A stretch of DNA of 64,000 nt from Octopus vulgaris (GCA_951406725.2 OX597830.1:30690001-30754000), one strand, 5' to 3'; shown: positions 42,370-55,750, counted from the first letter of the stretch. Notes: generated from the sequence alone by a model not told the origin. Program-made: numbers and translations.

Positions 42370-42779
42370 TGTGTGTGTGTGCTTATCACTCGAGGAAACA
42401 GCGTACATATGTGTAGGTCAGCATGTAGTGAAGGTGTAATAGCAGAAAAGTGTGTGCGTGTGTATATGTGTGTGTGCGCGCGTGTCTGTGTACGTGTGTT
42501 AACGTACGTGTGTGTATGTACGTGTGTATACGTGTATGGGTGTATGAGTTTGTATGTATATGTATGTTGAGGAGGTAGAAGATATTAAGCCTGTTGTTGC
42601 TGTCAAAAGTAGGAGGACGAGTCTAATTTGAAAGTAAATCTTTGCTGATGATGCAGAGGAGGAGGAGGCGGAGGAGGAGGAGAGAGAAAGAGAAAAGGAG
42701 AAAGAGAAAGAAAGAAGGGGATAAAATAGAGAGAGAGGGAGAAGGGATTGAATTAAAGAAAGTACAATATAAAAAAAGA

Positions 42780-43070
42780 GAGAGATGGACAGATAAGACC
42801 CTTTTTTATGCGATGCCTTCTCTAATTCAGTACCTTCTTTCCTACTTTTTCTTCCTCCCTCTCTCTTTCACTCTCCTCCCCCTCTCTCTCTCTCTCCTTC
42901 TCCTTCTCCTCCTCATCAGCAGAGGTTTACTCTCTCCCTCTCTGAACACTCTCGTAATCAATTTCCACACTGTAGAACGGGGAAAGAGAGAGAAATGAAC
43001 AGATAAGACCCTTTTTTTATATTATATTTTCTATAATTCAGTCCCTTCTTTCCTACTTGTTCTCTGTCTA

Positions 43071-43138
<68 letters not shown>

Positions 43139-43350
43139 CTCTTTCTTTCCTTCTCTCCTTCCCTTTCTCTTTCTCTCGTTCTCTCTCCCCTTCTCCTCTT
43201 CATCAGCAGAGATTTACTCTCTTCCTCTCTGAACACGCTAGTATTCAATCTTAAATCTGTAGAACGGTGAAAGAGAGAGAGAGAGATGGACAGATAAGAC
43301 CCTTTTTTATGCGATGCCTTCTCTAATTCAGTACCTTCTCTCCTACTTTT

Positions 43351-43419
<69 letters not shown>

Positions 43420-43498
43420 TCTCCTCCTCATCAACAGAGATTTTACTCTCTCCCTCTCTGAACACGCTAGCATTCAATTTCCACTCTGTATAACGCTG

Positions 43499-43500
<2 letters not shown>
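42780..43500. repeat. Tandem trimer, 200-290-bp units with CT/GA tracts
   Basis: ACAGATAAGACCCTTTTTT and CATCAGCAGAG..TTTACTCTC..CTCTCTGAACAC each occur three times. Confidence 0.88.
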
Positions 43501-43558
<58 letters not shown>

Positions 43559-44579
43559 AGAGGACACAGAGAGAGAATGAGAGAGAGAGAGAGAGAGAGA
43601 GAAATAGAGAGATAAGAACTTTTAACATTCTACAGTGTGAAAATTGAAAACTGGCGTTCCATCATTAATAAAAGCGGTTTCGGATGCCTAAGGTAAATCT
43701 GCCTCACCTGGGGTCATTGGTCATTTAGCAGGATTATTTTTGCAATGATGGACAAGGTTAGCTGCGGACAGAGTGATGAACGTCATTATATAGAGGTGAG
43801 CAAAAAGACAAAGGAAGCCGAAGAAAAAAAAGGCTGAGAGAGGGGCGAGAGGGAGAGGAGGGGGAGAGGGAGAGGAGGGGGAGAGGGAGAGGAGGGGGAG
43901 AGGGAGAGGGAGAGAGAGAGGGAGGAGGGGATGGGAGGGGGATAAAGGGGATTTAGAGGAGTATACTGCGGATAATGTGGTTGGAAATAAAGATAGTAAC
44001 TGAGAGTGAGGGTGGCGGGGGAGGAGGAGAGAGAGCAACCAAAGGAGGAGAGATGAGAAGAGAAAGAGAAATAGAGAGAGCCAGGAGAAAGTGGCAGAAA
44101 AAAGAAAGAAAGAAAGAAAGGAAGGAAGGAAGAGAGAAAGAAAAAGAAAGAAAGAAAGAAAGAAAGATAGAAAGGAAGAAAGAAAGAAAGAAAGAAAGAG
44201 AGCAGAGGAAAGGAAGTAAAGGTATGGAGAGCAACAAGCCAAAGGGAGGAGAAAGAGGAGAAGGAGAAGAGGGGGGAGGGAGAAGAAGAAGAAGAAGAAG
44301 AAGAAGAAGAAAGAGAGCAAGAAGAAGAAGAGGCAGAGTGAATAGGAAGAGAGGAAATAAGAGAGAGAGGTCAAGCAAGGTAAAAAGCGTGGTTGACAGA
44401 ATGAGATAGGAGAATAATATATCCAAGCGAGAATGATTGGATTTAATCTATATTCAGTTTCCCCTTCTCTGGATATTTACCTGATAAAGTGTGAGTGTGT
44501 GTGTGTACACGTATGTGTCTGAATGTACTTTGTACCTATGTAAAGAAAGATACATAAGTATACATGTATGTCTGTGTGC

Positions 44580-44656
<77 letters not shown>

Positions 44657-45781
44657 TACATACATGCAAACTTGTCCATAAAATGGGTATCTGCATACAT
44701 TTATATACATGTGTGCACGTGTGTTTGTGCGCATGTGCGTATGATTGCATGTATAATATACATATACATATACATACATACATACATATATATATATATG
44801 ATGTATGTATGCATGTATGTATGTATGTATGTATGTGTATGTATGTATGTATGTATGCATGCATGCATGTATGTATGCATGTATGTATGTATGTATGTAT
44901 GTATGTATGTATGTATGTATGTATGTATGTATGTATGTATGTATGTATGTATGTATGTATGCATGTATGTATGTATGTATGTGTATATGTATGTATATCC
45001 AATTCCACCGTAAAATGGCATTTTTCAGGTATTCGCCGTTCATACTTAACAATCAGTATCTTTCCAAATGTCATACACATCTGACCGATTTAACAATGGA
45101 AATCTGGAGAACACGTGAAAAATATATGTATGCATATATCTATGTATGTATGTATGTATGTATGTATGTATGTATGTATGTATGTATGTATGTATGTATG
45201 TATGTATGTATGTATGTATTCATGAATGTATGTATATATTAATATATGTATGCGTGTATGTACGTACATATATATGTATGAATGTATGTATGAATGATGT
45301 ATGTATTATGTGTATATGTATATATGTGTGTATGTATGTGTGTATGTAGGAATGAATGTATGTATGAATGTATGTATGTATGAATGCATGTATGTATGTA
45401 AGTATGTATGTATGTATTTATGTATGTATTATGTATGCATGCATGTATGTATGTATTAATGTATGTATATATGAATGTATGTATGAATGTATGTATGCAT
45501 GTACATACGTATGTATGTAAGTATCTATGTACGTATGTATGACTGAATGTATGTATGTATATACGTACGTATGTATGCATGTATGTATGAATGCTTGTAT
45601 GTACGTGTGTATGTATGTATGTATGTATATATGTATGTATGTTTGCGTGTTGGTTTATAGGTGCGTACACATGCATACATGCGTATATGGGCGTACCGAT
45701 AGATAGTTGCATAGCATAATGGGTGGTTAGATGAATGTATATAAATACATTGTCTGTGTATAGCTCTGTATACATGCGCAT

Positions 45782-45878
45782 TTGAGCATTTTTTGCTATT
45801 TTTTGGCTATAACTCTCTAAAAATGCTTATATAGTTATTTCCCTTACAAACCCGAGCAACGCCGGGCGATACTGCTAG
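45782..45878 (+). mobile_element. Helitron 3' end fragment
   Basis: Same hairpin plus CTAG terminus as the other two copies. Confidence 0.82.
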
Positions 45879-45879
45879 T

Positions 45880-46507
45880 ATATAATAACAATTTAATAAT
45901 AAAATATATGCATACATACATACATATATGTACGTACCTACATCTATATGTATACATACATGCATATATATATATATATATATATATATGAGTACAGGAC
46001 ACCACAAATAAACGTAGAACACAACGAGAAACGAAAACATAAAAACAAACAAGGAAACGGACTTTTTTAACAACGAAAAAACAGAGTACAAGACAAACAA
46101 TACAAGGAATATTCCCCTTCATCAGCTGCCCCTGGTTCGACTCAATGCGTGTTTCGAAGGTAACGGCAGAACACGATCCGGCCAAAACAGTCCTATCTGC
46201 AAAATGAATTTAATAAAATTCCTTTGCAGAGGGGTAAAACAAGGAGTTCGCATTGAGTCGAACCAGGGACAGCTGATGAAGGGGAATATTCCTTGTATTG
46301 TTTGTCTTGTACTCTGTTTTTTCGTTGTTAAAAAAAGTTCGTTTCCTTGTTTGTTTTTATGTTTTCATTTCGCGTTGTGTTCTACGTTTGTTTGTGGTGT
46401 CCTGTACTCATATATATATATATATATGCATGTATATATACATATAGATGTAGGTACGTACATATATGTATGTATGCATATATTTTATTATTAAATTGTT
46501 ATTATAT
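45880..46507. repeat. Inverted repeat, ~260-bp arms (PLE-like inverted pLTR)
   Basis: 45880-46149 is the reverse complement of 46249-46507. Confidence 0.93.
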
Positions 46508-46869
46508 GACTGAGCGCCTCGCGTCGTTTCGTTTCTTATCCTCCAAGTAAGTTTTTATGTATATATATATTTGAATATATATATATATATATGTGTGTGT
46601 GTGTTGTGTGTGTGTAGACATATACATACATGTATGCTTTATATGCATATGTGCAGCATTTCGAGAATTGTATGCAGTTGACTTCATAAGAATATCTAGA
46701 GAGAGAGAACATGGAATAATTATGTTCTGGAAATGGATCTCGAAGCATATAAGCGCTATGAATATTACCATGTAAATATTAGGCTGTAAAATCTTTTTTG
46801 GATAGAAAAATGTTGAATGTGGCCCGTAAGACATGAACCCACATCTCGTGTATGTGTATGAATGTATGT

Positions 46870-46933
<64 letters not shown>

Positions 46934-47678
46934 ATATGTATCAAAGAGAAGTATATGTGCGAATGCTTGAATGCAGTAATTGGACGCATAAGAACCTTAC
47001 AATACACATTTTATGTATAATCGCCCCATTTAGTAACTCAGAGTAGTCAGCAATTTATACGAAATTTGTCGTTATTATGACTAAATACTGACGTTAAATA
47101 AAAAAAAAAAAAAACAGAGAATGCTAATCCTAAATATGCATGTACAAATATAAGCATATATTTACATTGCCATAATCGTGCAGGCTTGTAGATGTTTCGG
47201 TAACTGTCCACTCCTTCAGCCCGTGTAGAATCAGAGTCACACAAATAGTAGCGACGGAACGTAGAAGGGAAATGAAAGGCGGGCGTTTAAAAGCGCAAAT
47301 ATCTCGTCCAACAAATATGAAAATACTTCAAAAATTTCCTAGGTGATTTATTTAATAACTATTCAAATGAACACATTTTAAAAGCAAATCGTAATTTGGT
47401 TAGTTATATCGTTTTCATTTAAAGTCCTCTGCACCTCATTGAAATTAGATGTGGTAATGATTAAAGTCCATCTGAAATAAATAAACAGAAATACTGAACT
47501 TGAAATGTGGCTGTGTGATGAAAATATGCATATAGTTACCTAATGGTAACCTTACGGGTCATCTGGAAGAGTGTAGATGATGATCGTATCGGTTCTTCGA
47601 GATGTTTGTGGTGAGTCTAATTTCGGTACTTCATCTAAAGGTTTTAAAGTAGTTATGTATACTATTTTATGTATACTG

Positions 47679-47679
<1 letters not shown>

Positions 47680-47763
<84 letters not shown>

Positions 47764-48196
47764 GAGGTAGTTAGGTAGGTGGGTAGGTATGTAAGTAGGT
47801 ATGTAAGTAGGTATGTATATAGGTAGGTAGGTATGTATATAGGTAGGTAGGTAGGTAGGTAGGTAGGTAGGTAAGTAGGTAGGTAGGTAGGTAGGTAGGT
47901 AGGTAGGAGATAGGTAGGTATGTAGGTATGTAGGTAGGTAGGTAGGTATGTATGTAGGTAGGTAGGTAGGTAGGTAGGTAGGTAGGTATGTAGGTAGGTA
48001 GGTAGGTAGGAAGGTAGGTAGGTAGGTAGGTAGGTAGGTAGGTATATAGGTAGGTAGGTAGGTAGGTAGGTAGGTAGGTAGGTAGGTAGGTGGGTAGGTA
48101 GGTAGGTAGGTAGGTAGGTGGGTAGGTAGGTAGTTAGGTAGGTAGGTAGGTAGGTAGGTAGGTAGGTAGGTAGGTAGGTAGGTAGGTAGGTAGGTA
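47680..48196 (+). repeat. (GATA)n followed by long (GGTA)n
   Basis: Direct reading. Confidence 0.97.
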
Positions 48197-48426
48197 AATT
48201 AGAAACAAAATGTCAAGGTAGTTTACGTAAAAATTCGCCAACGTGTTACACTTGTTGCATTTTAGGAGAGAAATACGTAAGTATATGAATAACTTCCTCC
48301 ATTTCATATCAGCGAAAGATGTTTAACCATCAGCGAAACTTCGATATGCCAGCGCCTTGGTGCTAAAGTCAGCGTCAATATTTGTTATGCAGCGGGTTGC
48401 ACTGTCGCCTTTTCTTTTCCACTTAC

Positions 48427-48465
48427 ATCATCAAAATCCTGAGACAGCCATTTTGTAACACATAC
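48427..48465 (-). other. Candidate 39-nt microexon
   Basis: Minus strand TTTGTTTCAG|GTATGT...GATGAT|GTAAGT; open as VCVTKWLSQDFDD. Confidence 0.3.
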
Positions 48466-49078
48466 CTGAAACAAACGATGTGATTGTTCACGAACTGAGG
48501 TGAAAATGAACTAACACACACACACAAACAGATACACGAACACACACGTGCTCGCGCATACAGACACACAAACAGACACATATATATACAGATATAGACA
48601 CACACACAAGCATATACATACTCATATGGTGGTTTGTTTACAGTTGTGGTTTCTTTGTGTCCCCCCGTAACTTTGCGATTTCACAAGTAGAGTACGAGAG
48701 AATAAGCACCAAACTTAAGAATATATACTAGGGTCGATTCATTTGACTGGTCCTTTCAAAGTGGTGCTCCAGCAAGGCCACAGTGCACAGACTGACACAT
48801 GTAAAGGACAAGACAAAACATGTATGCATATATACAAAGAAACAAAGACACACATATATGTATACATGTATATGTGTGTGTATATAATGATATATATATA
48901 TATATATATACATATATACATATATGCATGTATATAATTATGTGTGTGCGTGTATCTGTGCGCGCGCGTGTGTGTGTGTGTGTAACGTACTTCTGTGGTA
49001 AGAAACTTTGTGAGTGGACGAGATAGACGGAAAATGAAAGACGCCCGTCGTGTATATATATATATATATATATATATA

Positions 49079-49471
49079 TCTTTATATATAAAAGAGAGGT
49101 TGTGTGCTGTCTGTCTCCTCCGATTTAGATTCCTAACTACTCCCACATTTTGTGGTGCAGTTTAACCAAAACTGGGTATCTTATAGTCGTGATTCATATC
49201 GAGCCCTTCCGGGTATTAGCGCGCGTCTACGATGAGTCTACGATTTTAAAAATAATTTACCATCAATTCTTCCCATTTTTAATGCATATTTGGCATATAT
49301 AAGGGAAGTAACTCTCTAAAAATGTATTATTAAATCTCAGAACGTAAAAAGCTACAGTAACACCCCCTTTGTGGTTAGCCATATTGAGATGGCTAATATA
49401 CTTTACATCTCTAAAAATGCTTATATAGTTATTTCCCTTACAAACCCGAGCAACGCCGGGCGATACAGCTA

Positions 49472-49472
<1 letters not shown>
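49079..49472 (+). mobile_element. Non-autonomous Helitron
   Basis: 5' TC (TCTTTATATATAAAA), 3' hairpin CCCG-AGCAACGC-CGGG then CTAG, inserted between A and T in (TA)n with no TSD. Confidence 0.88.
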
Positions 49473-49524
<52 letters not shown>

Positions 49525-49530
<6 letters not shown>

Positions 49531-49825
49531 CAAAATAAGCAGCAAATATATCCAAGGTAGAGTAGTACAATCGTTTCATGCTACTTCATTTTATTAAACA
49601 CTGTAAGTATTACATCAGTTTTAAAATGTCGAGCAATCTTCAGCCACTTATAGAATTTTCCAATCAAACGGACAATGCACATTCTTATCCCTATTTCATG
49701 TTCTTAAGAATGAAATCAACCTCTCTGTCTATATATCTACCCTCTTTATAATGTTGGCAAATGAAGTAGAATGAAACAATTGTACTACTCTACCTTGGAT
49801 ATCCTTGTTGCTTATTTTGACTATA
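49525..49825. repeat. Inverted repeat, ~66-bp arms
   Basis: 49525-49591 versus 49759-49825; arms contain GAAAC-AATT-GTA (hammerhead 3' half). Confidence 0.85.
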
Positions 49826-49920
49826 ATCACCCCATTTGATTTATATGGATAATACTATACAAAATTCTGGTGCCTTTGACTTAGATACCATATTAATCTG
49901 AATCTAAATTTTGCTGAACT

Positions 49921-49957
<37 letters not shown>

Positions 49958-49968
49958 ATATGTATATG

Positions 49969-50000
<32 letters not shown>

Positions 50001-50023
50001 TGTATGTATGTATGTATGTATGT

Positions 50024-50267
50024 ATCAAAACAGTTCTATTCTAATTCGTTGGTATTCTTGAGTTTCAAGCGTGATGCTAGTCATCAGTCATATTGAAATT
50101 GAATGACAGAAGTTGATTGCTATTACCGTAAGGTGGGCTGCGATTGGTCGAGAAAGGTCACGCGATGTCTTGGTTTGATGTTGTCATTCAAATTCAAAAT
50201 GGCTGATGACTGGCATCACGCTTCAAAACTCAAGAGTATCAACGAATTTGAACCAAACTATTTTGAT
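50024..50267. mobile_element. Palindromic MITE with ~80-bp inverted arms
   Basis: ATCAAAACAGTT...AACTATTTTGAT; arms ~50024-50105 and ~50182-50267; a second partial copy lies at 19289-19447 in the opposite orientation. Confidence 0.75.
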
Positions 50268-50327
50268 GCATACTTGTAACTCATAATAAATTTGCTGGGT
50301 GCCCTTCTTTCGTTAGTTCCCTCACTC

Positions 50328-50392
<65 letters not shown>

Positions 50393-50418
50393 TAAAAACG
50401 ATAAGATAACAAAAGACG

Positions 50419-50488
50419 GCCGGATAACTGAAGAGATGGTGGTGTGGGTTTCCACCTCTGCATCCGAAACACAGAGTTTTATCTTGGC
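50419..50488 (+). ncRNA. Type I hammerhead motif
   Basis: GATAA-CTGAAGA-GATG..GGTG/CACC..CATC-C-GAAAC-ACAGA-GTT-TTATC; stem I extends with GCC/GGC. Confidence 0.68.
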
Positions 50489-50846
50489 TACCGAATAATT
50501 GTTACATATTACATTTACAGATATCTATATATATATATATATATATATAATGTATGTATATATGTATATATATATGCATATATATGTATATATCTATGTG
50601 TGTCTCTTTGTGTCTGTATTTCACCACCACCACCACCACCACCACCACCAACGCATCCCAACCGGTGTTGGTGTGTTTTACATCCCCGTAACATTGTTAT
50701 TCGGCTAAACCAGCCGATAGGATAAATAGTAGACTTTAAAAGCCAGAAAGTAACTCCTGCGCGCCGATTTGTTCGAGTCAGTGCTCCAGCATGGCCGCAG
50801 TTAAATGACTGAAACACGTAAAAGATACAAGATAAAGGTACACACA

Positions 50847-50892
<46 letters not shown>

Positions 50893-51191
50893 ATCATATA
50901 TTCGCCATGACCCGTCTCATCCACACCTCAAGCAACCTTTACACTCATATCTGACGTCTTAAAACAGCAAGGAATTAAATATAAATCAAAATTCTTTGAT
51001 GCTGATATACAAACATTTCCACAGACACATGAATGTATAAGCCCATGGCGCGTATGCGTCCGCATCGTGTATGTATTTGTGTGTCTATGTTGTACATATA
51101 TGTGGAAGGGTGTAAGGGTATGCGCAGTTGCGTATGTCTGTGTTTGCATTTATGAATTAATGGACATACTCAGGCATACTTACATATATAC

Positions 51192-51236
<45 letters not shown>

Positions 51237-51337
51237 TATACATATATATATATATACATATACATATGCATATAAATACACACGTACTTATATCCATAGA
51301 CAGACAGACAGACGGATAGATAGATAGATAGATGCAC

Positions 51338-51370
<33 letters not shown>

Positions 51371-51388
51371 CATACATGCATACATACA

Positions 51389-51420
<32 letters not shown>

Positions 51421-51590
51421 AATTATACTTAGAAACATAAGTATATATTATATATTAGAGATATATATGTGTACATATATATATATATATGCATGTATAT
51501 ATGTATATACACACACATGTATGTGCACATATGTGTGTGTATAATGTATGCGCGCGTGTGTGCGTGTATGTGTATACGTGTGTGTGTGTG

Positions 51591-51651
<61 letters not shown>

Positions 51652-51785
51652 GTATAGATATAGATATATAGATATATAAATATATATGTTGGTACGAATG
51701 AAATTTAAGGAACTTGTATCTCGTGTGGTTTATGTGCAATGTGTGTAATGATGAGAATATATATACGTGTGTATGTGTGCCTGTG

Positions 51786-51830
<45 letters not shown>

Positions 51831-51975
51831 CTATAAGGACAGGAGTATGTGCTAGAGACTTAAGTAAAAGAAAAAAAGCCAAGACATTATGAATAACGAG
51901 AAAGCAAGTAGGAAAAGCGCTATTAATCATCGGTGCTTTTAGAGCTGAAAGCGTATTGGAGAACATTATTCCAAC

Positions 51976-52014
51976 TGATGTTGTTGTTGTTAGTGTTATT
52001 ATTATTATTATAAT

Positions 52015-52083
<69 letters not shown>

Positions 52084-52177
52084 CAGTAGTAGTAGTAGTG
52101 TGGTGATGGTAGTTGTGGCAGTGATGGCCACGATGGTAGTATTAGTAGTAGTAGTAGTGGTGGTGGTGGTGGTTGTG

Positions 52178-52212
<35 letters not shown>

Positions 52213-52366
52213 GGTGGTGGTGGTAGTGGTAGTAGTAGTAGTAGTAGTAGTGGTAGTGGTAGTAGTAGTAGTAGTTGTAGTAGTAGTAGTAGTGTGGTGG
52301 TGGTAGTGACGGCAGTGATGGCCACGACAGTAGTAGCAGCAGCGGCAGCAGCAGTAGTAGTAGTAT

Positions 52367-52413
<47 letters not shown>

Positions 52414-52791
52414 ATGGCGATGATAGTGTTTGTGGTGGTAGTGGTGGCCGCACTAGTAGTATTGGTGGTGGTGGTGGTGGTGGTGCTGATAGTAGTAGCG
52501 GTGGTAGTAGAAGTAGTAGTTGTTGCAGTGTTGCAGTATTGCCGTTCGTGCTCTTGATGTTAAAGTTTCTTACGGTTTATTTTTGTTCTTTGCTTTTGTT
52601 GTTGTTGTTTTTGTTGTTGATGTTTTTTAGCGGGGGGGGGTGGGTGTAGGTTCAAGGGTTATCGTCGTCGGCTTTTGTCTTCTTTTTTTTTCCATATATT
52701 TTGGCAGAGGAACGAATTTTAAGTGCCATCCAATGCAGGTGATGATGTTTCGGTCAGCTGACGTCACAACACTATGGCTGCGATAGTAGTT

Positions 52792-52832
<41 letters not shown>

Positions 52833-52975
52833 GGTGGTGGTGGTGGTGGTGGTGGTAGTGGTGGTTGTGGTTGTGGTTGTGGTGGTGGTGGTGGTGGTTG
52901 TGGTTGTGGTGGTGGTGGTGGTGGTGGTGATGGCTGCGATAGTAGTTGTAGTAGTAGTAGTAGTTGTTGTTGTCG
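51976..52975 (+). repeat. Compound (TAG)n/(TGG)n trinucleotide field
   Basis: Direct reading; similar fields at 9350-9990 and 57750-58960. Confidence 0.95.
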
Positions 52976-54928
52976 AGGTCGCAGCAGTAAATGCAACAAA
53001 AGCAGAATAAAGCAGCGATAGCAGCAACAATGGCAGCACCTGTGACATGAAGTCAATATCTGTGCCTCTATGTGGCCATTCGATCAGGTAGAAATAGCAA
53101 CCAAACATCCAACAAACAACAACCTTCATTTACTTTTTCTATTGTTGTTTTCTTTTTTTTTCCCCCCAGAAAAAAATAAGAAGAATCACATTAGGCAATC
53201 CCGTCTATTTTCACCATTCGTGAAAATATCAACAAATGGTTATGGTTTGAAGGCTTTTTAACAATATATCTGCTTGATCAGGGCTACGTTCAGTCGCAGT
53301 GGGGGAAACGTGAGAGCCATAACGTGACCACTGAACTTACTAGAAATGACAACCCAATCTATCCTTCTAATAATATTCCGTCTCCAAAACAAATGGGCAA
53401 GACATAACAGATAATGTAGTACAAGATATTTTTCTCTAAAACAAAAGTATGAACAAAGCTACTGAACTTTGTCCATTTTCAAGAGAAGTCGCTACTAGTT
53501 ACTCTTGAAGTCTTCTTTGAACAGTCTGACGTCAGTTAACTTGGAAAGAAGCAATAAAGTTTATTAAGAAGAGTTGAAATTGATGTATGCAAGATTTCAC
53601 AGCTCTAACATCGCTCCTTCATAGTCAACTTTTCAGCCCTTCCTCATATAGAATTAATTTGGCCAGTGGTCTGCTTGATCAAGAGAGCAGTCGTGCTGGA
53701 GTGGTTAAGATGTTCGCTTCGTATCATGAGGTTGTAGGTTTGATTTCCATTGCTTAACATCTTGTAAACATACCTATTACACAAACGTGTTGGTGAAATA
53801 GATAAAGAGAAGAAGCGATGTAGGAGCTCGTCGGACGGGTTCTATCTTGTAACACAATACTTGTTGCATGAAAGAGGCTGATAGAGTAAACGGAAATTTT
53901 ACAGTAAGATGGATAGCTGTGTTTGAATTCAATTTTATTAAAGAACTTATCTATAGTTTGGCAGAAATCGAAAAGAAATTCAATTCTTAATTCAACTTCA
54001 TTTCTGACCTTACAAAAGAATAGTTATCACAATATCTTCAGATCTTTTAGTAGAATTAAAATATAGAAAATAGCTTTTCTTGTTGTAAGAATTTTGCTTG
54101 TTCCATCACCCACTTCGATGCAACAACACTTTCCGACATAAAGAACAATAAAAGAACAACACCGTAAAACACTAAACGCGTTCGGTTCTTCACAACATCC
54201 AAGTTGGTCACATTTTAAATAAGATGGTGCATTTTACAACACTTGGTTCTTTACCCGTATGCTTCTTATCGTTTAAAACTACGTTTAAATTGTCTGATTG
54301 CTTTTCATTCCAAGAACTTGCATGCATTAAACCAATGGATCGTACAGCTTATTTCTTGAAGGCACACTTCAAAATGGTTACTTTAACGGAAATTCCTTTT
54401 TAGTCCCCACTTCTGATGACTGGTTTTCTCAGGATAAATGGCTTTTTGTCCCTATATTCTAACCATATCTGGAATTACTATAAAGATTTCTAATTATTTA
54501 CTATGGTTGGGGAAGGTAGCAAAATGAGTAATTTTTTATTTCTTGTTATCTTTTCTTTTTTTTTTTTTTTTTTTGCTGCTTATTTCAAATCCTGCAAGTG
54601 TTATATTTTGTATTGTTGTATCACTGTTAGGAATAAAAATTGGTCAGAATAGTTGTTGCTGTTGAGGTTGAGAGAGTTTGGAATATAGTCACGTGATAGG
54701 TACCTTTTTTATTTTTTTATTTTTTCAAGAAACTTTACCTTAACTTTGATCCGATTGTAATTTAGGCTGCTAATAAAATGTCTGTTCGATTCCAAGTCAA
54801 TTTTAACTCAGTGTAATGTTTGTTTCATAATTTTCAATTTTCAAAAACTGGTGTTTAAAATGGGGCAAAATGAATAATGATTAACTTTAATAATTTCTCT
54901 TTAACTGTATGGTGCGTAAATATATCTG

Positions 54929-55158
54929 TTTCTTTATTACCCACAAGGGGCTAAACATAGAGGGGACAAACAAGGACAGACAAACGGATTAAGTCGATTA
55001 CATCGACCCCCAGTGCGTAACTGGTACTTATTTAATCGACCTCGAAAGGATGAAAGGCAAAGTCGACCTCGGCGGAATTTGAACTCAGAATGTAACGGCA
55101 GACGAAATACGGCTACGCATTTCACCCGGCGTGCTAACGATTGTGCCAGCTCGCCGCC
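54929..55158 (-). mobile_element. tRNA-derived SINE family B (Nin-domain-like) with 17-bp TSD
   Basis: Head GGCGGCGAGCTGGCA on the minus strand, GACTTTGCCTTTCATCCTTTCG core; TSD TGGTGCGTAAATATATC at 54910-54926 and 55161-55177. Confidence 0.92.
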
Positions 55159-55473
55159 TTTGGTGCGTAAATATATCGGGAAGAGAGTCGCTCCAGCAGA
55201 TCATGAAGAAGCTATAGAGAATACTTTATGTTGAACTTTTAAATTTAATCGTTTCGTTTATATCATATCATGTGAACAGTTTTCCATGATCCTCTTTCAT
55301 TTGACCGAGGTCTTTTACATTTTTGTTACATTTTTTATTTTTCTGATATCTAAGGATGGATAAGAGTCTTTATGCCCTTTTTTTACCAAATGTAATTCTG
55401 GAGAATTGAAGATATTTCTCTTGTCATACTCATTTTGCGCTAGCTAAATTTTGTCTTGTATATGTTTAAATGT

Positions 55474-55750
55474 GGAGGTACAATGGCCCAGTGGTTAGGG
55501 CAGCGGACTCGCGGCTGTAGGATCGCGGTTTCGATTCCCAGACCGGACGTTGTGAGTGTTTATTGAGCGAAAACACCTAAAGCTCCACGAGTCTCCGGCA
55601 GGGGGTGGTGGTGATCCCTGCTGTACTCTTTCACCACAACTTTCTCTCACTCTTTCTTCTGTTAGCCACCAGAGTGGTGTCATTTGAAGGCTAAAACAAT
55701 GTGACCAGCGATGTGTAGCAACATCTGATAGCCTGGTCGGTCACGGTGAT
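55474..55750 (+). mobile_element. tRNA-derived SINE family C
   Basis: Head TGGCCCAGTGGTTAGGGC...GGTTTCGATTCCC; tail GGTCGGTCACG; TSD-like ATATG(T/C)TTAAAT. Confidence 0.88.

Noticed and set aside
43975-44409. Protamine-like Arg/Lys/Glu-rich ORF
   Set aside because: Purine simple-repeat tract with no gene structure.
52760-52767. CRE palindrome TGACGTCA (also ~53507)
   Set aside because: Isolated 8-mers with no supporting promoter context.
55474-55545. tRNA gene
   Set aside because: The A/B boxes run into a SINE body repeated elsewhere in the window; it is a SINE head.
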